A stretch of 64,000 nt of DNA from Klebsormidium nitens (GCA_000708835.1 DF237237.1:46751-110750), one strand, 5' to 3'; counted from the stretch's first letter, positions 24,401-47,836 are shown. A program made the numbers and translations. The notes: generated by a model from the sequence alone, not told the origin.

Positions 24401-25900
24401 GCAGTGGAAAGGGCAGTGTTGGACTGCACCCGTCAGCCAGGTCTCGGCTGCCGTCGTTGTGCCATACCACATCCAGATTGTCGCTCGCACCCCTGCTGCT
24501 GACCGCTCTCCGTGCTCTCCGCAGTGGATGGCCGCCGGTTGACGCTGTCGGTCACGCTGTCCGCTGCCAAGGGCACTCTCAGTGTGGACGTCACCAGCGA
24601 CGTCCTCGTGACGGCTCCCGCCGATACGCCTGTTGCGGCCAGCGGCCTGACGCGCGTGCAGGGCGGCAGCCTGGCTTTCACCGCCACCGTGGCGGCGGCC
24701 AACGCGGCGCTGCTCACCCTCGTCTACGACCGGCAGCCCGTCAACGTGAGCCGCCCGCCGTAGCGACACGCCGCACGGCTGCCTGGCATGCTTGCTTGCA
24801 TTCTCTTTTAATCAGGAGCTTGGCTCCGGGGTTCAAAGGAAGCACCGAGACCCTCTCAAATGGAGTTTGCCGTTGTTGACCGTGCTCGTGCTGTGTTCGT
24901 ACGTGCAGGGCACGATGAGCAGTGCGGGCGACCTGGTGGTGGTGGCGGTGTCGGACGGCGGCAACTTTGGGTGCGAGCTGCTGTGCGGGGCCGGCGCGCC
25001 GCTGCCCATGGCCGCCACCGCCAGCATCGCCATCGTCGTCGCAGGGGCCTCCCCCGACCCCTACGACCCGCTCCAGCCCAGCAGTGAGGGCCCGCGCCAC
25101 CTTTCGTTGCGTGGCCACAAAACGCCAGGCCTGCGACAAATTCCCCTGGCCCTTTCCAGCCTTCAACGTCGAGACCCATTGTTGAGTATAGCCTCTGTCA
25201 ATTCCTGTCGTGGACAGGCGCTTCTGCGCGTGCCGTCCTGGCAGGTATTTGCCGCTGAAGCGTGGCTGCGTGTGTGCAGGCACGCCTGCGACGGTGCTGG
25301 CGGGGTCGCTGGGCGGGCTGGGCCTGATCGGGCTGGCCGTCATGGCCGCGGTGGGCGGCCTGGTGTACGTGGCCGTGCGGCGGCACCGCGCGGCGCTGGA
25401 CGGCGCGGACGACGACGACGACCAGGCGTACGAGGCGGCGCGCGTGTACAATCCGCTCTGGGTGCCGTCCGCGGGGGGCGACCACGCGGCCGGCTTTGTG
25501 TCCACGCCCAACCCGCTGCTGCTGCGACAGAGGTCCGCCGAGCGAGAGCAGTGAGTCGCGCGCCGCACCCTGAACCTCCACTAATCAGTCGTACCGTTCT
25601 GCTCTATCAGCCTGTTAGAGCAAATCAAGGCTATGCGTTCAGCAGAGATGTGTTGGACGGATCTCCGCAAATATGATCATCTGGACCCTAAGCGCTCACT
25701 CTGTAATACCGTTTTCTCTCTTGCCCCCTTGTTTTCGTTCTCTGCTTACAAACTGCGTGCGCAGGTTGGCCGCCATCGACCGCGAGATTGCGCACCGGGC
25801 AGACGCCAGCAGCCGGGCTGCTAGCCGCGGAGGGCCGCGCGCCCCGCCGCCGGGAGTCAGACGAGGCAGTAATGGGGCCACGCCGGCCCAGAACCAATGA
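3463..25900 (+). CDS. Giant (about 4,500 aa) type-I transmembrane protein: SP + laminin-IV-like + 27 filamin-type Ig repeats + Ser/Pro shaft + 2 IPT/TIG + cadherin-like/Big modules + TM + cytoplasmic tail
   Basis: ATG 3463 gives signal peptide MADRRSAQLFGVIPLQLLLILTVGTTG (exon 3463-3541). About 38 GT-AG exons are in continuous phase: 3739-4458, 4657-4971, 5118-5450, 5645-5980, 6157-6486, 6718-7029, 7422-7724, 7913-8284, 8615-10800 (contains the gap), 11025-11342 through 21022-21336 (18 repeat exons), 21478-21681, 21999-22421, 22589-23043, 23238-23458, 23612-23839, 24060-24322, 24525-24745, 24909-25083, 25280-25550, 25765-25900. Repeats carry filamin signatures (QARDxYGN, DNGDGTY, I.GSPFxxxVxPG) and many N-x-S/T sequons. 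Confidence 0.85.
3739..4458 (+). other. Laminin-IV (laminin B)-like N-terminal domain exon of the giant protein
   Basis: The pattern YEGVLQFDY...W.TMTIYLSE..GW...T...F.SVLSRVTSLRLPGDW...IDNVYV resembles the laminin domain IV consensus. Recognised by eye, no HMM run. Confidence 0.6.
8615..10500 (+). repeat. Ser/Pro-rich (SPSP/SSSP) hydroxyproline-rich-glycoprotein-like coding repeat, about 600 aa
   Basis: Pyrimidine-rich coding strand translating to (SP)n with A/T interruptions. The subrepeat GCCAGCCCTTCACCGTCCTCTTCGT occurs on both sides of the gap. Confidence 0.9.
9402..9511. other. Assembly gap (110 N) inside the Ser/Pro exon
   Basis: Run of N. The Ser/Pro reading frame differs on the two sides, so the placeholder length is not the true length. 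Confidence 1.
22130..23043 (+). other. Two IPT/TIG domains of the giant protein
   Basis: ISALWPPAGPVTGQTAITVTGLNF...LTCQFG...G.FVNSTAVVCPSP and ITAVSPAWVSAAGGDVVTVSG...CRF...VSCSVP...VDVSLNGQQFS are typical IPT/TIG patterns. Confidence 0.8.
25280..25400 (+). other. Single transmembrane helix with basic stop-transfer
   Basis: TVLAGSLGGLGLIGLAVMAAVGGLVYVAV followed by RRHR. Confidence 0.9.
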
Positions 25901-27194
25901 CACAACCCCGCTCGGGAGAGCAGCCGCCGTTAGTATGACACACTACGATGCCGGACCAATTTGTTACCTTTTTAAGGTGGATACGCGCAAGCACGTACTG
26001 AATTCCGGGAGCAGGAACTCTACATTCTTTGCATTTTTTAGTACACAACATACTTGCCAGAAGCCTCATGTTTTATAGGAGCGAGTACTTCGCACAGATT
26101 CCTTTGAGCTTTTAAAAGAAAGGCCGGAGGGCTGGGTTCGGCCTCTGTCTCATTTAAAACATAATCAAACTATGCGTGAAGTTTGGCAGCTAGAGAGATA
26201 TTGCACGTACATTCGAAGTAGGTCACCGAGTTTTTGTGGGTTTGGCCGGACAATCCATGAATCATTCTATGATAATCGCTGCTAGCTAGGCCCTGCTTGT
26301 GGTCCGTTGACAGGCCGGCTTCAGATACATAGGCTCATCATTCCACAGTTGAGCAAATGTCATTGTTGCGCGTTGATGCAATGCTTCGTGTGACTTCGTT
26401 CAGTTACTCCCGGTTGCTAAAGATAATCTGCGTTGCGCAGGCACGCGGCACAATATGCCAATATGATGCGATACTTTGATAGTAGTGCACTTCAAGGCTT
26501 GGATCGCGATCCAGCTCAAAGTTCGCGTCACAATATGTAGTTTGTCGAGTCCTCAGATTAGCACTTAGCAATACAACCAACGCGTTGTCCATCAAAATAA
26601 TTGCATACATTACCAGATATATGCGGGCGCCGCCGTGGCACCATATGCATGCATTGATCGACGATCGGAACCCATCATTGGGATGCAATTGCGTAAAGAG
26701 CGATTGAATCATGGTCGCGCCGACAAGTACGCATGTTGGAAGGATATGGACAGACATGTTACATTACGTAATTATACACAAATTGGTAACTTAATTTTGC
26801 AGAGCATTGCATCTGAGCTCTGTCGAATAGCACCCTTGAGAGCTGACGTGGCATCGAATCGCTAATTGGGTCACATTCAGAAAATTACTCCCTCGCGTTT
26901 ACTACATGAGCGACTTTTAGGGTTCGAGTGACCCTCAGATGCACAAGATATGCATGCGTTCTCACACAATACCGTCCAATCTATACAAATCAATGTACAC
27001 AGCAAATTAGATCATGCCAGAGCTTCCTGAACAGACTGGTCTCACTTGCATGCGCTGGACCAATCGAAAGCAAGTGACAAGGTGTGGAAGGGTGTAGAAG
27101 GTTTTTCACAAAGAGGTTCGGCGTTGAGGTCCCTTCACGCATGTGTTGCAGCTGCACCTCAAGGCAGGCAAGCAGAAACTTCGTTTGTTCCTTC

Positions 27195-30100
27195 TTACAG
27201 CCTCATGAGCAGCCGGACATCGTTCTCTCGTGTTTGTCTCTGCACACGAAACACGCTGCAGTTTGAGAACGGCCGAAAAAAATCGAAGAGCGGCCACAGA
27301 AACGAGTGTCGCTCAAAATAGTATCTAGCGGGCACTGCAGGGACTGCCATTAGACATAATGGTTGCAATTAAAGCCCTTTTGTGCAGCTGCGTCAGGAAA
27401 AGCTGCGTCTCAACGGTCACAGGGTAGTTCGATCGACCCGCCCTTCATCAATCTGTCAAGCGATGCGTGGGCTTGCAGAGGTGGCGTCCGGTGCCCGTAC
27501 CTGTTGGGCGGAGGTCTGATGAGAAAACGCCGCCGTGGCGAGTGCGCGCTTCCGCTCCTGCAGCTGCACCCCGCGGCACCAGCCCCGGTCAGGGCAAGCC
27601 GGCGGAAGGCGGCCAGACGGGCGCGCCAAGGAAGGCCGCTCTCGAATGCTTGAGCACTGGGCCTCTTAAGCGCTTTCAACAGCTGAAGCGGTGACAGAAG
27701 CACGATCTGTGCTTTACTAGAAGGGCACGCTCCCTTTGGCTCTGCTGCTCGACCGTTGTGCGCATGTGGGTGGGGGTAGCCTTACCTCGAGGATGCGCTC
27801 CTCGATGGAGTCGGTGACGACGAAGCGCGTCACGTGCACGTCGCGGGTCTGGCCCAGCCGGTGGACGCGGTCGTGCGCTGCAGCACGCACCAGACGGGCC
27901 GCCTCAGGCAGGCACGCGCAGCGAGGCGAAGGCGGGGCGGTGGAACCAAAATGCACTAGAGCAGCGGTCAATGGCACTTAGCGAGACAGCGTCGGCCTAC
28001 CTTGCTCCTCGGTTGCCGGGTTCCACCTGCAAGAAAGTGGTGCTCGATTGGAGTTGCGTTTCCAGTTGTAAGCCCACATACACGTGCCCGAACCCGGCCC
28101 CAAAGCACAAGGGTCTCGCGGGTCCAGATACTTCCAGGAGGCGCTAGAGGCAACTGCAAGCGGGCCCGGGGGGCGGGGCGGGCGGGCGCTCACCAGGGGT
28201 CCATGAGGTACACGTGTGACGCCGCCACCAGGTTCAGGCCCACCCTGCAGCCCACACAGCAGCGCCCACACATCAGATCCTTCTTCTCGCAATCGCGTGA
28301 TGCCTGCAGCAGCACCCCGCCCCTCGCACTGCAGGTCCAGCATGCGGGTCCGGGCTTGAGCAGGGTGGGTGTGCGAGCTCACCCCGCGGCCTTGAGGCTG
28401 AGCAGAAACACGGCGGGGCTGCGCGGGCCCTTCTGCTTGAATGCCTCCATAGCCGCCTCGCGCTGCCGCGCCGACATGCTGCACACGCACAGCACACCGC
28501 CCGTCATCCCGTGCGGACAGACGTGCCCGCCAGGGAGCACGCGGCACTGCGCGATGCCAAACAACCTACGGGCATCGCGCACCAGCCAGCACAGCTTGCG
28601 GCTGCTGCTGGGCGGCAAGCGGAGAGTGCGACGGCGACGCACGCGCACCTGCCGTCGAGGCGGACGAAGGCGAAGCCGGCGCGGGTGAGGGGCTCCTCGA
28701 GCAGGGTGAGCATCTTGGTGAACTGCGAGAACACCACCGACTTCACGCCCGGCTCCGCCGCACGCGCCGCGCGCAAGCAGTCCAGCAGAGCCGTCACCTG
28801 CACGACGTGAATGGAGGGGGGAAACGCCCGAGAAACTTCGTCAAAACCCAAAAAGAAAGAGCTAAACCTTGAGGGTTAGACCACCTTCCAAGCTTGGTCA
28901 ATATGTATTGCCTCTTCGCACGGTAACCAAGCAAAATCTGTTCCAGATTGTGCAGACCGCCGCCGTTGCTGTGTGCTCACCTTGGCGCTGGGGGCCACGG
29001 CGGGTGGTGGTGCGGGGCCTGGCTGGTCCGCGGCGGCGTCGTCCTCGGGGGGCGCCTCCAGCAGGTCGGCGGGGGCCACGGCCGCGCGGCACAGGGGGCA
29101 CTGCGCCTTGTCGCGCACCAGGGACATCTCGATGCACCTGCAGCGGCAAAGTCGCGGGCCAAGTGTGGGAACTCGGAAAGTACACCTCCCGCCAAGCTCT
29201 CATCCCCTTTCACCAACGCAGACGTATGGTTCAATGCTGCTTGTTCCTGCTAGCAGCAAGATGTCGGGGTCAGTCTCGCTGCTTATCTGGCCAGGTAATC
29301 GGTCGCAAGCTTTTGAAGGCAGTCAAGTGCACCAAGAGACATTTGGGAGCGGGCGGGGCCGACCTGCGGCAGAACACGTGTGCGCAGCGTGTGATGACCG
29401 CGGCCGTTGGCGGGCAGAGGCAGATGGGGCAGTCGTCCTCGCCGCCCTCCCGCAGAATGCCGATCAGCTTCGCCACCAGCTCCGGGCTGCGCACACGACG
29501 CCCAGCTCCAGCTTTTCAGTACGGACGCCGAGCGGCTCATTCGTGTCGTTGCCGGGAAGGCCGTGTCTGACACAACACCAGGGGCGAATCGAAACAGGGT
29601 CGGGCAAGCATGCTGTGTCCCAGAATCGACAAGCGAATGTAAAACGTGGCAGGCCTAGCCAGGCCTTCGTAGTGCGGCTGCCTGCCTGGGTCGCTCACCT
29701 GGGCGCTGGGGCCGCACCCTGGGCTGGGGCAGCCAGGAACTCGACAGCGTGGGCAGGGCACAGAGAGGTGTGGTCTAGACAAACAAGCAAGCGTGAGTGT
29801 CAGACTTCGGTTTAAGGAAAGCAAGCATTTTGCTAGGACCAGCGTCATACACCGAAGTTTTTCGATCTGCGAACAAACCGCTTTCAAAACATTACCGGAT
29901 TCAGTGCAAAGGCGTGGATACGAGACAGACTCTTCACATCGTGCAGAATATGGATAGCTTCATCCGAGGTGTTTTCGAATGTGTGGATATGACAGCTGGG
30001 CCTCACCGCAGATCTGGCGGAGGCGCGTGATGAGGCATAGAATCTGCAGCCATCCGAAGCCAAGAGGGCCGCTTCAAGCGCTCGCAATTCAGGGGCGCAC

Positions 30101-33100
30101 CAAGAGCGTACACAGCAAAGGGCCAAGAAGCATCCGACACAGGCGAAGTCGGGTAATTGCAAGTTGAGCAACGTGCATGAAACAGAATGATCCCTTCAGA
30201 CTTGCTGGGCGGCTGCGGCCGACGGAGGTGTGGCGCGCGGTCTCACCGCGGCGTAGTTGTGCATGAGCGTGCCGGCCTGCAGGAACCCGCTGACGAGCTG
30301 CCGCCCTTGCAGCTCCACCCGCTCGTACAGCGCGCGCTCCTCGGGGGACAGCTCCACCGCCTGCCACACAATGCGGCCGCGGCGTCACCGCAGGTCGTGA
30401 GCAAACGCGCATGAAAGCTTGGGCATATCCAGACCCGACACCGCGGTGTGCACACTCCAGCGCTTCAGAGCGACTGCAGGCCAGCACTCGGCCCCTTGCC
30501 CCGGCTCCTCGTTGTGCTTGACGGTCTGGTTGCACGCTCACCTGGACGGCGATGGTCTTGCGAGGCAGGTCGACGATCGGCCGGCCGTTGGCGCGCGTCT
30601 CCTTGGTTCTTCGCAGCGCGCAGTTCGTCAGGAGCGCGCGCAGGCGGGGCAGCCCCCGCGGGTCGCCGGCCTTGATGGGCCGCTCCACCACGCGGTTCCA
30701 AAACGACTTGTCGCTCAGCGGCTCCAGCCTGCACACCCCAGATAGGCCAGGTGAGAGTGGTCTCGGGGGCTCCGCACGCAGGGCAGGTACTGGTAGATCG
30801 CTTGCGGACATCGAAGACATCGGCGAGGACTTTGCAGGCTCATCCTCAACCGACGAGGCGCATCCATGGCAATAAGCTTCCAGGCTAAGGGTCCGCGTCG
30901 TGGGTGCTCACTTGAGGAAGGCGATGATGCTGTACAGGTCGGCCAGGCGGTTCTGGATGGGGGTGCCGGTGAGAGCCCAGCGCGCGTACGCAGAGAGCGC
31001 CAGCACAGCTGCAGAAAAAACACGCTGAGAGCTTCTGGCAGGACTTAGTGAGGCAGGGCACAGGGCCACAAAACAAGTTTGCATCATGAAGCTTGGAACA
31101 GACAGTTGAAAGAGGCTCGACCCCAAGCATGCAGAAAGGAGAGGAGCGTCTTGAGGCCTAGACAGATGAAGATCTACGGCTTGCCTTTCGTCTGCTTCGC
31201 GCTCGGATTCTTGACAACGTGCGCTTCTGCAAGGAGGCGAGCCGATGCTTTGAAGAGTAAATTCAGCCAGGGTGCTTCAGCGGCCAAGATGTATGTCAGC
31301 AAGAAGCAAACAGACGCAGCCAGCAAAACGTAGCGGAGGTCTGTTCAAGGCGGTCTAGAAAGTAGCTGCAGATGTGCCCGCGATCAACCCTCAAAGGCGA
31401 ACGGTTACAATGTTGATGTCTCGGTGTGTCTGACCATCCAGGATGCACCTCAGCCACTGCACGCGCTGCAGGGGCGAGCTGGACCCTTCTGACGCCAACG
31501 TGCTGCACAGACGAAACAATATCAGCGTGTGAGCCAGGCAGTGCGATGCCACGCACAGCGCGTGCACCCACTCGTGCTGCACCGCACGAGATGGGAGCCA
31601 GGCCACACATCCCTGCTGCACCACAACCGATATGAGCCAAGAAGGGTCCAAGGCCGGTGATAACTTCACCTGTAGGTGGTGATGACGACATCGAAGTTGT
31701 CCAGGAACGTCGCGTCACGCACGCGCTCGGAGCCGTAGTACTGGTAGCTGCGCCAGAAAGGGGTGGCACCGCGTGTCAGCCAGGACGGGAGGACGGAAAC
31801 AGAGCGACGCAACAGTGGACGAGGCCAAGCGCAGCAGCGTGTCGGCTCCGGTGTGATGCGGGGCAGGGGAACTCACACGCTGAGCTGGCCTCCGGCGTGC
31901 TCCTGGATCTGGTTCGCCCACTTGGACATCACCTGCAGCCAGGGGCCACACGCGTCACCCTGCAACCGAGCCGATCCAGCACATGTTGCCTTCCCGCACA
32001 ACCAGGAACAGACCTGGCGATCCAGAAAGATGAACAGAAGGTGGGAGGGGCACTTCCGAGCAAGGGCCCAACGGAAGAGAGGCCGGCGCAGTGGCTGTAC
32101 CGAGAGAGGGCAGACGATGAGCGTGCTGCGTGGCCCGGTGGCCGGCGGGGGAGTGGCGGGGGGGACGTCCTCCGGGGCCTCGCCCACCTTGGCCTTGCCC
32201 TTGCCACCAGGCGCAGCAGTGGCCTGCAACGGGGGAGGCGAGGAGGGGGGGCTTAAGAGGCCGCTAATTCAGGACGAGAGGTTTGCAGAATCGGGAGGGT
32301 TCGATAGCAAAAGTATCTGGCGGTCACTACAGGCCGGAGACCAAGGAAGCGATGCTCCTGCCATCGCATTTTCGCGACGTGGGCCTTGCCTTTCCGTCCT
32401 TCCCCTTGCGTCGCTTGGCCGGCGGCTCGCCCGCAGTGTCGTCGTGCGGAAGCTGGGTCATTTGGAGCAGGGCTGCGCCGGCGCAGTTGGTGGCGATGAG
32501 CGCGATGGCCGTCAGCGTCTTGCCCAGGCCCATGTCGTCCGCCAGCAAGCCGCCGCGCACCGCAGCAGGGCGCCGCACTGTAGACCACGAGAAGAGGGCG
32601 GGACGCAGCCTGATCAACCAGGACGGAGAAGCGGAAGCCTCTGTCTTGATGGCTTTGACGATAGCCCAAAATCGTACTGACCTTGATTGAATCTCAGCCA
32701 AGGAATAGTACGGGGCGTCTTCTCAGAAAACGCCTGACCGAGGGTGCTAAGGTAGTCCGCGACTACCCACGAGGGCTGGAACAAAGTCAACGGCAGCTCG
32801 ACGCACTCCAGGTCTGGCGAAGGGAGCATCAGCTCGCACAGTCTGCCCTGTCTGCCTGCCTGAATGAGATTTGGGTGGCCTCGTACCTGTGGTGAAGTTG
32901 GTGAGGCTGTTTTTGTAGGTGATGTCCGCGGTGCCGCGCGCCTTCTTGGTCTCCCAGAAGGGCGGCAGCCGGTTCGAGTTCTCGCGGAGCAGCATCCAGC
33001 AGAGGGCCGTCAGCTGGTGCGGGTACAGCGCCGTCGTGACCCCAGCAGGCTGCTCCATCGTCAAGTTCTTCTCCTCGCCTTGAGCCAACGACTGCAAGCG

Positions 33101-35689
33101 TCAACCGAGCCGTAATTAGTATCTATTCTGCCGAGAGCTCCCCTGCAAAAATGTGCTTCCTTCGTGGTTGTTCTGTTGACATTTTCAGCCGATTAGAACA
33201 GGAACTGTGCTTGAACTTCGTCAGGTAAGACTGCAAAGAACTTTGAGGTCTAAACATTTGAAAAATACCAAAGAAAACACGTAGGCACTGAATCTCCAAC
33301 CACCGTTCGTCGAGGGGGAAAATATAGGCAAGGTTAAGAACTTACACACCTGGTTATAAAGCGATTCCGCGGAGTGGAGCGGATTGTCATCATCCTCGCC
33401 GAGCTTGTTGACTAATCATTAGTCCAAACGGACTGAACTTGATTAATCAGAGCGCTCTATGATCTTGTCTCAAAAACACGGACAAAAGGTACGCTCACAG
33501 AGGAAGCCTCTTTCCGTCTCGGGCAATCTCCTTCTGCATCTTAATAACTAAAATGAAAACAGACACGTCCACAGCATGAGCAAGTGGTACGGGCCGCACC
33601 TCGAAGAGACTCTCCAGTGCCGCTTCCTGCTCCGCCACGGATGTGCTCCCAGAGACGCCAGGGCCGGCGCCCCCGGCTGCCCCAGCACTGCCTTCGCAGG
33701 GCGTCAACACCATGCCTGGGACACCGCAAGAAACAGCCTCTTAGGGGAACAGGCAAGCGCTTGCAACCTCAATCAAAAGTTCATCAGACAGGCAATGAAT
33801 GTCAACCTGCAGGGATGGACAAATTGATATCGAGGTATAAGCTGGGAATCGCGCAGGGCCCCTTGGCCTCGAATCGGGGCCGAATCTCGCTCCATTTAAG
33901 CGGCGGGCCAAACCGAGCTAGGTCCCGGTGCGGCGCAAATAACAAGAGTCGGTCCATTACGACAATCACGTACTGTTCTTGTGAATTGGTCTCAAACCGT
34001 TGGGGCCTAACTGCAATGAGTCCGCCACTGTCCTGAGTGAGATGCTCCAAGTGGGCCCCATTCGGCTCAGGTTATCATCCAAGGCGCCACGTTTTGGTTT
34101 CACGGCCAGACGGCCACAACTTCTGACACTTCTCCTAGTGTGCGAGGAAGTGGGCTCACCCCCGGCACTCAGAGCACGCCGCACTTGGCTGGCGTCCTCC
34201 GCTGTGGCGTACACCATGACGTGGCAGGGCATCTTGTACATGTTCTTGGAACCGCGCGGGATGAGCCCCTCCACCCGAATCAGCCCCGCGTCAAGGAGCG
34301 GCGACAGGTGGCACGCCTTGTAGCGCTCAACGTGGCCAATCTGCAGAAGGGGGAATGCGTACAACTGTGGACACAGTCCCTGTTCAGAAGATTGTCAAGA
34401 TACCAGACAGCTAAATCAAAGCCAATCTAACAACTGTTACAAGTTCTGAGTCTCGTAAAGTCACATCTGTTTCTGCATAGAAGGGCGCAATCAATTGTGC
34501 AATGGAGGAAGAAGTGTCAAATACGTTCGGTGGTCACCTGCTGGTGAGCCGCGTTGTCTACTCTGATGGCGAAACGATCATATGCATTGTTTGGTTCCCG
34601 CGTGAGTAGCACCATCTCCTGCATATCAGGAATGTCACCAGAATTGGTCATACACACACATCTCGGTCAGGTTCTTCAACACTCAAGGGAAGGGGCATTT
34701 TGAGCTTGGTAAGGCACCATGGTTGCGGAGTCATAACACGTCCCTCGACATTGAGTCTGACACCAGTATCTCCAGCCTTTCTGCCCCAACCATAGACTAT
34801 GATCTGGACCAGATATTAGAAGCACGAGCGTAGCATGAGAGATGGGGAGCTTGAAATGAACCCCATTGGCTTATTCCGAAGATGGTGATTGGCTCAACCG
34901 ATATCTAGGAGAAACAGGTGTGGTTGAAAAGAAGTCGATCAACTTTGAAACTGAAGGTTGCCAGTTGACTTCTGACTAGCCCAGAATGATACCATGCCTT
35001 ATCGTACTCAAGGGAGTGGTGGTGGTCGAGGGCCCCTGTTCATATGTAAACCTCCCTCTCTGAGTACTACTAACCACCAACTGAACAAATTGAGGGGCAC
35101 CCTGGTTGTAGCATGCAGGTATGTTATTGAAAACATTTCCAGTAGCAGACTTGGAAGTCGGAGAGTAACGTTAAGGAGATGGGGAAACTTAGACCGAAGG
35201 AGTGGCATACCTTGTCGCTGACGATGCCATTGTAGTACCTGTAGGGCAAGGCACCTTGGTCAAAGAGCCTCTTGCTGAAACTCCAAAGGACACTGAGCTA
35301 TGTCATCGCTGTCAGGACTTCAGGGAACCAGCTGCTTGAAGACAGAAAGAAGAAACTCTCAAAGGCAGCATCGATCACAAAACTGAAAGTCCTGAACGGT
35401 GTGCTCACTGGAGGCCAACAACTGAAACTGTCGTGATGCCCAGGCACTGTGGGCCGTTCTCATTCTCGTCCTCTGCACAAGGAGGTTGCAGGCCTGGATC
35501 AGCGCTACAGCTTGCAGCAGAAGACCGCATCATAACAAGCATCATTGTCCAGTACTTCAAAGCTTGCAGCCAATCGACGCACACATTGTGCAGCACGAGC
35601 TGCGCCTCACCTTCCTCGCTCTCCTCGTCAGCATCCTGCTGATGGTGCTGCTGCTGGTATACGCGAGCAGCTCCGGCATTGCGCCTCAT
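27195..35689 (-). CDS. HLTF: HLTF/RAD5-type SNF2 helicase with HIRAN and RING domains
   Basis: 27 phase-consistent exons from ATG 35689 (GCCACCATG context) to TAA 27195. HIRAN: VVGLQYYNG...REPNNAYDRFAIRVDN...QIGHVER. Walker A: GGLLADDMGLGKT. Walker B: ILDEAH. Also WALTGTPIQN, C3HC4 RING (CPICL...CAHVFCRRC...CPLCR) and helicase-C (VFSQF, FLLSLKAAGVGLNL, DPWWNP, DRVHRLGQ). Confidence 0.95.
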
Positions 35690-36197
35690 GGTGGCGCGGA
35701 CAGCCAAGTAGGGCAGCGGCAGGGCTGCAAGGTCCAGGGGATACGGGGCCAAAAGAGGCTCAAAAGGTACACCACTCTCAATGACCGCCTCTCGCCCAGA
35801 CTCTAGCTGCTCATGTGCTGCTAACCACTTTGCTTTCTTCTGGAGGCACAGGGATGGCCCAGGCCCAGGGATCCAGTACGAATGGATCTCTCACTTCACG
35901 AGGAGTCAGTGTAAAGTGTCCTTTTACAACACGATCGGACGGTGACAAACACATGTTTTGGTGATGCATCTATCTCTGACCGTCCGGTGTCCGGAAGCTG
36001 CTCCAAAGTGAGTTTTCGCACTACTCCTTTTCGCACTACTCCTGCTCTAGTACCAGTGCTTTCTGGCGTGCGCTGTTGCTACAATGCTCGTGGGGCCAGT
36101 TCTGCCTTGTAGTCCCATGACAGGGTCCTTTGATGTTGCTCAATGATACTGCTGCAAATAACAAAACCCTTTGAAACTAAGCAATCACTTGGCGGCC
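35690..36197. promoter_or_regulatory. Putative bidirectional promoter between head-to-head HLTF and KDM5
   Basis: Divergent ATGs at 35689 (minus) and 36198 (plus) are only 508 bp apart. No specific element is identified with confidence. Confidence 0.6.
36013..36042 (+). repeat. Perfect 2 x 15-bp tandem repeat TTTTCGCACTACTCC
   Basis: Copies at 36013-36027 and 36028-36042. Confidence 0.95.
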
Positions 36198-47836
<11,639 letters not shown>

